Assembly: GCA_964493145.1 (NCBI GenBank)
Contig: CAZBMV010000002.1
Location: 14,157-78,156 of the forward strand
Direction: 5' to 3'
From: an uncultured Candidatus Saccharibacteria bacterium
Lineage (GTDB): Bacteria > Patescibacteriota > Minisyncoccia > Phycocordibacterales > UBA918
DNA length: 64,000 nucleotides
In this document: positions 40,319 through 49,195 of the stretch, one piece after another
Position numbering within the stretch: position 1 is the stretch's first letter
How the letters are laid out: each line of letters opens with the position of its first letter
Program-made: the position numbers and the translations under genes
The notes under the pieces: generated by a model
The model's input: the letters and a program-made list of their open reading frames with translations, nothing else
What the model was told of the DNA's origin: nothing
Database searches by the model: none

Positions 40319-40918
40319 TTGCTTGAATTATTAAAAATGAAAATTTCTTGGAAAAAATATTTTGAGGTGCGGTGTGCAAAAAATGAACGTGAACTTCTCA
40401 CGGAAGCGCTTCCGTATGTCACGTGTCGAGGTATTGCACTTGATCTTGGCGCCGGTTCAATGAATGACTCAAAGTACCTACTCACACAAAATTTTAAACA
40501 CGTTATTGCAATGGATAGTGACGATGAGGCAGCGATATATGCGCATGAGATTACATCAGATCGTTTTGAATTTGTTAAAGAAACATTTCACAATTTTTTC
40601 TTTCAGGAAAACCTTTATGACCTGATAAACGCACAATATGCACTTCCGTTTATTCCACAGAATGATTTTGATACGCTCATTCCTAGGGTTGTACTGAGTC
40701 TCAAGTCAGGAGGTGTATTTTGCGGACAATTATTTGGTGTTTGCGATTCATGGAATGTGGAAGGGCACGAAATGTCTTTTCATACAGAAAATGAGATTCG
40801 AAATATTTTCAAAAATTTCAAAATTATTAAACTCCTTGAGGACAAAAAGGATGGCTTGACTGCGCTCGGGAAGGAGAAACACTGGCACATTTTTCACATT
40901 ATTGCGGTCAAGATGTAG
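40319..40918 (+). CDS. Class I SAM-dependent methyltransferase (TehB-like size)
   Basis: Motif I (ALDLGAGSMNDS), acidic motif II (IAMDSD) and a motif-III-like LKSGGVF. Confidence 0.7.
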   Translation: MLELLKMKISWKKYFEVRCAKNERELLTEALPYVTCRGIALDLGAGSMNDSKYLLTQNFKHVIAMDSDDEAAIYAHEITSDRFEFVKETFHNFFFQENLYDLINAQYALPFIPQNDFDTLIPRVVLSLKSGGVFCGQLFGVCDSWNVEGHEMSFHTENEIRNIFKNFKIIKLLEDKKDGLTALGKEKHWHIFHIIAVKM

Positions 40919-41013
40919 GTGTCACTCCTTCAGCAACATTAAAAATATAAAGCATGCCTCAAGGTTCAATGTGGGTTTCCACTTCTTCTAAACATTGCAA
41001 GTGCGAACTGATA

Positions 41014-42042
41014 TCAAAACGTCGCAAAAATACGCTTCTCGCTTGAATCAATTCTCACGACTCCTCCGTAGGGCATTGGAATTTGCGGGTCAGTGTGACC
41101 GAAGTCAAGATTCTGTATAACCGGAATTTCAGTATTGTACTTTCTGACCGTTTTGAGAATTGTATCGCGTTGTCCTTGCCGGTACGCAATTTTTTCTTCA
41201 TCAGAGTGTGGCTTGTTGTATTCCCACGCCTTTGGCCGTCCGATAAGAACGCCTTTAATCGCACTCAGTATGCCTCGCTCACCGAACGCGCGAATAACTC
41301 GCATGACGTAGTCATGGGAAGGAATTTCTTCTGACGACTCAAGCATAAGAACAATATCCTTAAATTGTTCATGTGTTGGAATCGATACACCATGACGAAA
41401 CATTTCATCAACTGATTCAATGCAACCACCCCAGAGAATGCCTTGTGCATTTTCTATACCATCCCAGTACCATCCTTCATTACCACAATGCGTCCGACGT
41501 TTGTTGGTGTTTTCAACATCATTCCAGTCAAGTCCTTGGTCATTGTATGTTGATGATGCTTTCAACTCAAATTCACCCTCATCAAACAGTGCGTGTTTAA
41601 TGTACTCAATGGTGAATGCATCCATTTCTCCTTGCATGGCAAACTGCGTAAAAAGGGAAGCACCGTAGTATGAGGGAATGCCGTTAAGAAATAAAAAGTT
41701 TTCAAAGTGAGAATTGTCACTATACCCCAGAAATGGCTTCGGGTTTTTTATAAATGGATCAACAGGAAGATTTTTTACATATGTAACTTGATCATCGCCA
41801 CCGAGTGATGCAATCACTCCTCTGATTGCAGAGTTTTCAAACGCACTGATAAGGTCTCGCGTACGTTCCTCAGTAGACGCACCGACTAATTTTGTGGTAG
41901 GAAACTCAATCGGCTCAAGCTCAAATACTTCACGAACCCTTTTCAATCCGAGTTCATACATATGTGGCCATACGCCTGGCGCCGCAAAAGATGGAGAGAG
42001 AATGGCAATCTTATCTCCTTTTTTTAATTTTGATAATTTCAT
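41014..42042 (-). CDS. S66-family peptidase (LD-carboxypeptidase / MccF-like)
   Basis: GDKIAILSPS N-terminus, GYSDNSHF nucleophile-region motif and an overall length of ~340 aa. Confidence 0.65.
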   Translation of the reverse strand: MKLSKLKKGDKIAILSPSFAAPGVWPHMYELGLKRVREVFELEPIEFPTTKLVGASTEERTRDLISAFENSAIRGVIASLGGDDQVTYVKNLPVDPFIKNPKPFLGYSDNSHFENFLFLNGIPSYYGASLFTQFAMQGEMDAFTIEYIKHALFDEGEFELKASSTYNDQGLDWNDVENTNKRRTHCGNEGWYWDGIENAQGILWGGCIESVDEMFRHGVSIPTHEQFKDIVLMLESSEEIPSHDYVMRVIRAFGERGILSAIKGVLIGRPKAWEYNKPHSDEEKIAYRQGQRDTILKTVRKYNTEIPVIQNLDFGHTDPQIPMPYGGVVRIDSSEKRIFATF

Positions 42043-42147
42043 ATTTAAAAATGATACAGTATTTGCTTTAAAAAATACAAAAATGGTCACTGAAATAAAG
42101 AACTGAATGTAAGGGGTACATTTCAGAACCTTGAGCAGTTTCAGTGA

Positions 42148-42216
42148 GCGGAGAGTGAAGGCGAAGGGAAGGGCTCACGGTTCATTGTGGAGTTTCCACT
42201 CGTGGTGGGGAAATAG
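42148..42216 (+). pseudogene. 3' remnant of a second sensor histidine kinase gene
   Basis: It encodes AESEGEGKGSRFIVEFPL…*, identical in amino acids to the C-terminus of the kinase at 38770-38811, with 32 nt identical and synonymous differences around it. A stop codon lies immediately upstream. Confidence 0.6.
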
Positions 42217-42277
42217 GACACATATTTATTCAGTAATTCAGTATTGCAGAATTACTGAATTTTGCTATACTGGTTTC

Positions 42278-42535
42278 ATGAATACAATCAAACTCAATCA
42301 ACGTGGTGTGCTCACACTCCCAAAAAATATTCGTGATACATTTGGTCTCAAGGCGGGTGAGATTCTCGTTGTTTCAAAAGAAGACAATAAAATTGTGCTT
42401 GAACGCCAGCAATCTGACAAGGAACTTCTCCGTAGTATTCAGCACTCGCTTAACGATATTAAGCACGGAAGGTTTATTGAATTCGGCTCAATTAGCGAGT
42501 TTAAGAAAAAACTAAAAGCATATGATGCGAATTAG
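42278..42535 (+). CDS. AbrB/MazE/SpoVT-type antitoxin
   Basis: MNTIKLNQRGVLTLPKNIRDTFGLKAGEILVV is a SpoVT_AbrB swapped-hairpin domain. It overlaps the downstream toxin by 14 nt. Confidence 0.65.
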   Translation: MNTIKLNQRGVLTLPKNIRDTFGLKAGEILVVSKEDNKIVLERQQSDKELLRSIQHSLNDIKHGRFIEFGSISEFKKKLKAYDAN

Positions 42536-42770
42536 AATTTCTGAAACCGCACTCAAGCAGTACAACAAACTTCCCACAGCACTCAAGCAAAAGGCAAACA
42601 AACAGTTTGAATATCTCCTCTCAGACGTTCGTCACCCTTCTCTACACGCAAAAAAGTACAAGGAGTCCGACGATCTTTGGCAGGCAAGCATTGATAAGAA
42701 TTGGCGTTTTTATTTTTTCATTGTGTCACCAGAGTACATTATCGTTTCAGTCATTAGGCATCCGAAGTAG
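42522..42770 (+). CDS. Type II toxin, RelE/ParE family
   Basis: 82 aa with …DLWQASIDKNWRFYFFIVSPEYIIVSVIRHPK, a typical RelE/ParE C-terminus. Confidence 0.7.
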   Translation: MMRIRISETALKQYNKLPTALKQKANKQFEYLLSDVRHPSLHAKKYKESDDLWQASIDKNWRFYFFIVSPEYIIVSVIRHPK

Positions 42771-43022
42771 CATGCATTTAAAAACACCCTTACTCAATAT
42801 TGCGTATTCAAAAAATGCTGAAATTGAGCGTGTGAAATACACCTACAAGAAACTAGATTGGTACCGTATGGCGGTATGGAGAAAATTATTAAAAAATTGG
42901 CTCAAAATAGGCCTTGAAAGTATATAGACGTGTTTTAAAATTTGTGATATAATCTTGGTCAATTAGTTGTTTCTAGTTTTTTGATTATTTCTTGCCCGGA
43001 GAGCCGGGAGAAAGGATAGAAA

Positions 43023-43799
43023 GTGAGAAATATTCTCATTTCACTGATGTTCGCTCTCGTCTCCTTTGGAGCGTGTGCGAGTACCTCGTCGAACGACGTG
43101 CCGAAAGGCATGTATCCCATTACTTGGGATAGGTCGTTAGCAACCCCTCCGGCAATGACTGCGGAAGAGCTCACGAAGGCGGAGGAGGAACTTCTGCCCG
43201 AGAACGTGGGGAAGACCCACGTCGCTTATGCGAGCGACTATGGTCAGAAGTATGAGGGTGGAGCGGTGGACGAATTTCAACCCTATGCGGAGGTGCAACT
43301 GACCTACCGCAATGGAAGGAATAGCCAGCGTGACCTCTTCGGTCGTCAGGTGTATCTGGAAAATCCCCTTGGGGATTCTGGCTACTCCGTGTGGGCTTCG
43401 GCCTACAAAGATCAGGAGTTTAAGTCAGCATATGTCGGTCTTGCTCTCAAAGAGGGCAACTGGCAGTTCGGCCTCGGTCTCGGCTCCGCCTGGTACGATG
43501 ACAGAAGGAGAAATGCTATCACCCCGTGGGTGTATTATTCGTCCGCGGAATACGTTGGCCTCTTCATTGCCGAACGCTACCTGGGAGACCATGAGGATCC
43601 TTGGTTCTACAAGGGATACTTCCAGAAAAAAATTGGCTCCTTTGGAATTGGCGTCTATGGTGAAAAAGGGGCTGGTATCGGTCCGATGTTGAGTTACAAT
43701 ATCACCAAGTCGGTCAAGGTGTGGGGAGCCGCACCTGTCGCAAAGAAACCGTCCGACGGTGGATTCAGTTTTATCTTCGGACTGAATGTAGAGTTCTGA
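43023..43799 (+). CDS. Lipoprotein with a beta-barrel (outer-membrane-protein-like) sequence signature
   Basis: Signal peptide with lipobox (LVSFGAC). The body is Gly/Tyr/Trp-rich. The C-terminus FSFIFGLNVEF has alternating hydrophobic residues and a terminal Phe. GTG start. Confidence 0.5.
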   Translation: MRNILISLMFALVSFGACASTSSNDVPKGMYPITWDRSLATPPAMTAEELTKAEEELLPENVGKTHVAYASDYGQKYEGGAVDEFQPYAEVQLTYRNGRNSQRDLFGRQVYLENPLGDSGYSVWASAYKDQEFKSAYVGLALKEGNWQFGLGLGSAWYDDRRRNAITPWVYYSSAEYVGLFIAERYLGDHEDPWFYKGYFQKKIGSFGIGVYGEKGAGIGPMLSYNITKSVKVWGAAPVAKKPSDGGFSFIFGLNVEF

Positions 43800-43819
43800 G
43801 TTACTGCGGGGAGCAGTTT

Positions 43820-43851
43820 GCAGGAGCGCACGATGTGCCTCCTGCTTTTTT
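43820..43851 (+). terminator. Rho-independent terminator
   Basis: GCAGGAG-…-CTCCTGC hairpin followed by TTTTTT. Confidence 0.65.
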
Positions 43852-43974
43852 ATTATTAGTACAGTATTTGGTACACATACGATAGAGATTAACGGAGGTC
43901 CGGCTTCCGTTACCATTGTTTTGAGGAAATACTTCTGCCTTTTGCTCTTTGCGTTGATTTGGTACTATTTCCGT

Positions 43975-44919
43975 ATGAACAAAAAACGACTATTTACGGG
44001 GTTGCAACCATCGGGTGCACTTCACATTGGAAATTATTTTGGTGCGCTTAAGCCATTCAGAGACGCCTCGGGTGAGTATGAGAGTTTTCTCATGATTGCA
44101 AATCTCCACGCACTCACGACAATGCGCGATGGGAACGCGCTCCGAGAAAATACATACAATGTCGTGCGCGATTACCTCGCCGCAGGAATTGACCCGAAAG
44201 AGGTAACCATCTTTTTGCAATCGGATGTCCCTCAGCACACCGAACTCGCGTGGGTCTTTGAGTGTCTCGTCACGGTGCCTTTCCTCATGCAGGCGCACGC
44301 GTATAAGGATAAAGTCGCGAAGGGACTTGAGGCGAACGCCGGTCTCTTCAACTATCCGATGCTCATGGCGGCGGACATCCTTCTCTACAATGCAGATGTG
44401 GTGCCTGTCGGCGAAGACCAGCGTCAGCACGTTGAGTATGCGCGTGAAGCGGCAACGAAGTTTAACAATGCGTACGGTGAGACCTTTACCACACCACAGG
44501 AACTCATTTTGAAGAGCGTCGGCATTGTGCCGGGGACTGATGGTCAGAAGATGAGCAAGAGTTACAAAAACACCGTACCGCTTTTTGGAACAAAGGATGA
44601 AATAGCGAAGGCGGTGATGAGTATTGTTACCGACTCCGCGGGTGAACGGCCTGAGAACGTATGCGCAATTCACAAACTCTTTAGAGATGAAGAAAGCTTG
44701 GAGGTACTCTACGCAGAAAACGCAGGAAAGTACAAAAATCTCAAAGACGCACTCATTGAAGACATTGAGACAGTGGTCGCACCAATGCGAGAAAAGAGAG
44801 AGGGTATAACAGATGAGGATGTACGCGGAGTCCTCAGTAACGGAGCGGAACGAGCACACGCAATTGCATCAAAAACAATGCGCGACATCCGAGAGAAAAT
44901 TGGCATTTCGCTCCACTAA
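43975..44919 (+). CDS. trpS: Tryptophanyl-tRNA synthetase
   Basis: GLQPSGALHIGNYFG (HIGH-type motif) and KMSKS. About 314 aa from MNKKRL. Confidence 0.9.
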   Translation: MNKKRLFTGLQPSGALHIGNYFGALKPFRDASGEYESFLMIANLHALTTMRDGNALRENTYNVVRDYLAAGIDPKEVTIFLQSDVPQHTELAWVFECLVTVPFLMQAHAYKDKVAKGLEANAGLFNYPMLMAADILLYNADVVPVGEDQRQHVEYAREAATKFNNAYGETFTTPQELILKSVGIVPGTDGQKMSKSYKNTVPLFGTKDEIAKAVMSIVTDSAGERPENVCAIHKLFRDEESLEVLYAENAGKYKNLKDALIEDIETVVAPMREKREGITDEDVRGVLSNGAERAHAIASKTMRDIREKIGISLH

Positions 44920-44956
44920 CAAGTCGCCTAGGGTCACCCTAGGCAGACGTGCAAAA

Positions 44957-44986
44957 CAAAAGTCCTGTGCGCACAGGACTTTTAAA
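44957..44986. terminator. Bidirectional terminator
   Basis: AGTCCTGTG-CG-CACAGGACT stem with T/A runs on both sides. A GCCTAGGG-TCA-CCCTAGGC hairpin lies just upstream. Confidence 0.6.
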
Positions 44987-45000
44987 GTTGTTTCATTTTT

Positions 45001-45135
45001 CTATTCAATGCAACTCAGGATGTCAGTAAGACACCCAGTCGTCGCTTCAAACGCATACCCAATCATGAGAACTGCTGCGATTGAATACACCACCTCCACC
45101 CAGTTGCGTTTCATTGCTTCCTTGAGCGCGTCCAT
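45001..45135 (-). CDS. Small hydrophobic protein (44 aa), absent from the ORF track because it is under 60 aa
   Basis: GGAGGTG RBS 5 nt upstream of the ATG. Encodes MDALKEAMKRNWVEVVYSIAAVLMIGYAFEATTGCLTDILSCIE. The bidirectional terminator lies downstream. Confidence 0.45.
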   Translation of the reverse strand: MDALKEAMKRNWVEVVYSIAAVLMIGYAFEATTGCLTDILSCIE

Positions 45136-45239
45136 TTTTCACCTCCTTATATGAGCAACACAACTCCGTTAGTTATTATACGGTACACACGGTACGACAC
45201 TTCACTTTTTAAACAGGTCGGTCCTGTTTATTTGTCTAT

Positions 45240-45470
45240 TTTCTTGACGTTTTGGTGATACACGGTACTCTGTATGTAACCAATGACGCAGCTGACACCT
45301 GCCGAGGAGTGGAGGAATTAAAAGCGTCCTGCACCATTTTGCGAAGCAAAATGGTGCAGGGAAGTAGGGTGGCACCGCGGTTCGCATGAGCGACGTCCGA
45401 CGTCGTTCATGTATCGCCCCTATAGATATATTATTCGTATAATTTATCTGGAGGGGCGTTTTGTTTCTCC
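45240..45470 (+). promoter_or_regulatory. T-box riboswitch leader upstream of the class IIb aaRS gene
   Basis: AAGUAGGGUGGCACCGCGG (45362-45380) matches the T-box consensus AAUUAGGGUGGUACCGCGG. A 15-bp stem-III-like hairpin (45328-45360) precedes it. The alternative CGCCCCU…GGAGGGGCG hairpin plus U-run (45413-45470) shares CCCUAU with the antiterminator 3' strand. A candidate specifier GAC sits in the loop of a GCAG/CUGC hairpin (45287-45301). Confidence 0.6.
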
Positions 45471-45481
45471 ATACATTATTT

Positions 45482-46828
45482 ATGACTCGCATACTCATCA
45501 AAGATTTGAAAGAGCACCTTGAAAAGGAAGTTCTCATTCAGGGGCACATCAATGTCGTTCGTAATCAGGGTAAGGTTGCCTTTTTTGACTTCAGAGACCG
45601 AACGAGCATCGTTCAGGGTGTCATCTTTGGGAAGCCCGATGTTCTTGAATCTGCAAAAGACCTTCGCCAGGAGTCACCAGTTAGCGTACATGGCATTGTG
45701 CACGCGCGTTCCGAAAAAATGGTGAACCCCAATGTTGAAAACGGCGACATTGAACTTGAGATACTGAGCATCACCGCGCTCTCGGCAACTGAAGCGCTTC
45801 CGTTTGACCTCGCATCAGACATCTCCATTGAGACACTCCTTGATTACCGTCCGCTCACACTCCGCCGTCCCCGGGAGCGCGCCATATTTAAGGTACAGCA
45901 CACCATCGTCTCGGCGTATCGTGCATTCCTCGTGAGTGAGGGATTCACGGAGTTTCAGGCGCCAAAGCTTGTCGGTGGAGACGCAGAGGGCGGTGCGGAG
46001 GTATTTGAGGTGAAGTACTTCAACGACGAACGTGCGTACCTCGCGACGAGCCCGCAACTCTACAAGCAGATTATGGTCGGCGTCTTCGAGCGTGTCTTTT
46101 CAGCCGGCGCGACCTTCCGCGCAGAGAAGAGTGCGACGACGAGGCACCTGAGTGAAATCACCATGCTCGATCTTGAGATGGGATTTATCAGTGACCACAC
46201 CGATGTCATTCTGCTCGTCACCAAACTCATGCGTGCGATTACCGATGCCGTTGCGACAGAGTGCGCACGCGAACTTACGCTCCTCGGTATGCAATCACCA
46301 CTCGCACCGGAAACATTTCCCACAATGACGCTCCGGGAGGCGCAAGAACTCATTAAGAGCGAAACAGGGGTAGATAAGACGAGCGAGCCGGACCTTGAGC
46401 CGGAGGACGAACGTTTTCTCTGCGAGTACGCGGCAAAAAATCTCGGCTCCGACTTCGTCTTCGTGACGCACTTCCCAACGAAAAAGCGTCCCTTTTACAC
46501 GCACGTTGACCCTGAGAATCCGGAGTACACGCGCAGTTTTGACCTCCTCTTCCGCGGTCTTGAGATGTGCTCGGGAGGACAGCGCGTACACGAGTACGAG
46601 ATGCTCAAGTCGCGCATCGCCGAGAAGGGGCTTGATCCGGAAAAGTTTGGCTTTTACCTGCAAGCGTTCAAGTACGGCATTCCACCGCACGGGGGCATCG
46701 GCATGGGTCTTGAGCGCCTCACTGCGAAGTTCTGTGGTGTCGCGAATGTGAAGGAGGCGACCCTCTTCCCACGTGATATTCATCGCATAGACACACTCCT
46801 CTCTAAGCACGACGAACATGAAAATTAA
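45482..46828 (+). CDS. aspS: Class IIb aminoacyl-tRNA synthetase, archaeal-type AspRS (AsnRS not excluded)
   Basis: N-terminal OB fold, FRAE (motif 2) and GLERL (motif 3). About 449 aa from MTRIL. The candidate specifier codon GAC in the leader favours Asp. Confidence 0.75.
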   Translation: MTRILIKDLKEHLEKEVLIQGHINVVRNQGKVAFFDFRDRTSIVQGVIFGKPDVLESAKDLRQESPVSVHGIVHARSEKMVNPNVENGDIELEILSITALSATEALPFDLASDISIETLLDYRPLTLRRPRERAIFKVQHTIVSAYRAFLVSEGFTEFQAPKLVGGDAEGGAEVFEVKYFNDERAYLATSPQLYKQIMVGVFERVFSAGATFRAEKSATTRHLSEITMLDLEMGFISDHTDVILLVTKLMRAITDAVATECARELTLLGMQSPLAPETFPTMTLREAQELIKSETGVDKTSEPDLEPEDERFLCEYAAKNLGSDFVFVTHFPTKKRPFYTHVDPENPEYTRSFDLLFRGLEMCSGGQRVHEYEMLKSRIAEKGLDPEKFGFYLQAFKYGIPPHGGIGMGLERLTAKFCGVANVKEATLFPRDIHRIDTLLSKHDEHEN

Positions 46829-48194
46829 CGTTGCGCGCACAGCAAAAAGGGACTACACGCACATTTCATTCATTGAGAAAGGTGTTGAGCGATTTATTGA
46901 AAAGGGTGATGCGACGACGCTCCTCATACCATCGGGAAAAATTTCAAAGGTGACTCCCCGTACGCTCCGCACGTTGGTGCGAGGTGTTGTACAGAGCGCA
47001 AAGAAGTACAAACTTGCGAACATTGCACTTATGCTCAACTACGCTGATTTCACAAAGTGCCACGAGTACGACGAGCAGTGGTTTTTTGCCACTGTCGCGG
47101 AAAACCTCATCCTCGCAGATTACGAACACACCGCGTACAAGAGCAAGAAGGCAACGTACACACTTGAAGAGGTAACGCTCGTGGTGAAAAATGAAACGGC
47201 GGTGCGCGATTTTATTGCTCACGGCATTACACTTGCGACGTACACAAATCTTTGTCGTGATCTTGGAAACATTTCGGGGAGTGACATGACCCCACAGATA
47301 CTCGCGACACGAACGAAAGACATCTTCAAAGGCACAAAGGTGGGGGTGACGGTTTTTGATGAGAAGAAAATGGCATCGCTCGGCATGGGTGGTGTACTCG
47401 GCATAGGAAAAGGATCAAAGCACAAGCCACGATTCATTGTCGTGGAGTACAAGGGTGGTAAAAAAGGTGAGAAGCCGATTGTCTTCGTGGGGAAGGGGGT
47501 TACGTTTGATATGGGTGGGCTTCAGATTAAGCCGGGGATGTCCATGTACGAAATGCACATGGACATGCTCGGTGGCGCGGCGGTCATTGCGGCGATTCGC
47601 GCCATTGCATCACTCAAGCTCAAGAAGAACATTGTCGGACTCATTCCCGCGGTTGAAAATGGTGTCGGAGAAGATGCAATTCGCCCAGGGGATGTACTCA
47701 CGACACTCTCGGGAACGACCGTGGAAGTCCTCCACACCGATGCCGAGGGACGAATCATTCTCGCAGATGCGCTCCACTACGCACGGAAGTACGACCCTGC
47801 GCTCGTCATTGACGTTGCAACACTCACCGGAGCATCACTCATAGCGGTGGGGCAACACGCGAGTGTCATCATGACAAAGAATCGCGCACTTGAGGACACC
47901 CTTCGCAATCTCGGAGAAGAATCAGGTGACTATGTCGCACCGCTTCCGCTCTGGGATGAGTATATGCAGTACACAAAAGGTACTTATGCCGATATCACGA
48001 ACGTCCCAACAGGCGACTCACGAAACGGGGGAACGATTAACGCGGGAATGTTCCTCGCACACTTCACCAAAAAGATGCGCTGGGTACACATAGACATGGC
48101 GCCACGCATGACCTCGGTCCCCTCGGACAAGCTTGCGAAGGGAGCAACGGGGGAACCGACGCGACTACTCGTAAAAATCGCCGAGAAACTCTAA
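46818..48194 (+). CDS. pepA: Leucyl aminopeptidase (M17)
   Basis: GKGVTFDMGGLQIKPG and HTDAEGRIILADAL are M17 signatures. Confidence 0.85.
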   Translation: MKINVARTAKRDYTHISFIEKGVERFIEKGDATTLLIPSGKISKVTPRTLRTLVRGVVQSAKKYKLANIALMLNYADFTKCHEYDEQWFFATVAENLILADYEHTAYKSKKATYTLEEVTLVVKNETAVRDFIAHGITLATYTNLCRDLGNISGSDMTPQILATRTKDIFKGTKVGVTVFDEKKMASLGMGGVLGIGKGSKHKPRFIVVEYKGGKKGEKPIVFVGKGVTFDMGGLQIKPGMSMYEMHMDMLGGAAVIAAIRAIASLKLKKNIVGLIPAVENGVGEDAIRPGDVLTTLSGTTVEVLHTDAEGRIILADALHYARKYDPALVIDVATLTGASLIAVGQHASVIMTKNRALEDTLRNLGEESGDYVAPLPLWDEYMQYTKGTYADITNVPTGDSRNGGTINAGMFLAHFTKKMRWVHIDMAPRMTSVPSDKLAKGATGEPTRLLVKIAEKL

Positions 48195-48337
48195 ATTTAT
48201 ATATGTCTGCGTGGATAGCGACGTACGTGCCTATAGGCGCACGTGGTAAGATACATACGTGGATCCCATTCATAATTTATGTGAGTGGGTGTATCGTAAA
48301 ATTGCACTATGGCACACGGCAATAGTAACGTGCCTTA

Positions 48338-49120
48338 ATGCAGCGCAAGAGCATTATGAACGGGACAGGTGTAGAGCAAACCCCACATGTTCAAATGAGC
48401 GGTTTCAGTGTGCAAACCGACGTCTATTCAGGGCCTTTGGACTTGCTCATTGATCTCATTGAAAAACGGAAACTTCTCGTAAACGACATCTCACTCACTG
48501 CCGTCACCGATGACTACATGGCATACGTTGCGCGGTTTGAAAAGAATCCGCTTCGTGAAATGGCGGATTTTATTGTGCTCGCCTCAACACTCCTCCTCCT
48601 TAAATCCAAATCACTCCTTCCGGTACTTGAACTCACCGAGCAGGAGGAAGAGACACTTGAATCACTTGAGAAGCGTCTCCGCTACTATCAAATATTCAGG
48701 AATGCAGGAAAGGTTGTTGAAACAATTTTCGCAGAAAAACCGGCGTACGAGCGCCGTTTCATTCCCGACAAAAATCCTCTGTTTGTTACTGACAGGTACA
48801 CCGATCTTTCAGCACTCCACATTGCAATGACAGACGTGCTCCACAATCTTCCAAAGAAGGTTGCAAAGCCAAAGGTACAGGTGAGAACGGTCGTCTCACT
48901 GGAAACCATGATAGACCGACTCAAAGAGCGCATTGAGCGACAAATCTCCTGCAAATTTAAGGACTTCACAGGAAACGCAACAGAGCGGACAACAATTATT
49001 GTCGGATTTCTCGCGGTACTTGAGATGGTTAAGCAGGGAACTATTCTCGTGCGACAATCGTCGCACTTTTGTGACATTGAAATTGAACGTGAGGGAAATA
49101 CTACACCACGCTATCAGTAA
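48338..49120 (+). CDS. scpA: Segregation and condensation protein A
   Basis: FSVQTDVYSGPLDLLIDLIEKRKLLVNDISL is ScpA. The true start may be an internal Met (48356 or 48395). Confidence 0.8.
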   Translation: MQRKSIMNGTGVEQTPHVQMSGFSVQTDVYSGPLDLLIDLIEKRKLLVNDISLTAVTDDYMAYVARFEKNPLREMADFIVLASTLLLLKSKSLLPVLELTEQEEETLESLEKRLRYYQIFRNAGKVVETIFAEKPAYERRFIPDKNPLFVTDRYTDLSALHIAMTDVLHNLPKKVAKPKVQVRTVVSLETMIDRLKERIERQISCKFKDFTGNATERTTIIVGFLAVLEMVKQGTILVRQSSHFCDIEIEREGNTTPRYQ

Positions 49121-49195
49121 ATTTCAAGTGTTTTTATTCCCACATTAAGGAGAAATAGCGCGTATTTCTTGATGATTTTTTGATATACTGTACCT

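Noticed and set aside
32600-42950. Classical integrative element or prophage as the origin of the island.
   Set aside because: No integrase, recombinase, transposase, terminase, capsid or att-like tRNA-flanking repeats could be identified. Called only as an AT-rich accessory region.
42607-43174. ORFs 42607-42927 plus and 42959-43174 minus.
   Set aside because: The first overlaps the RelE-like toxin in another frame. The second overlaps the promoter and start of the lipoprotein gene. Neither has an RBS or motif support.
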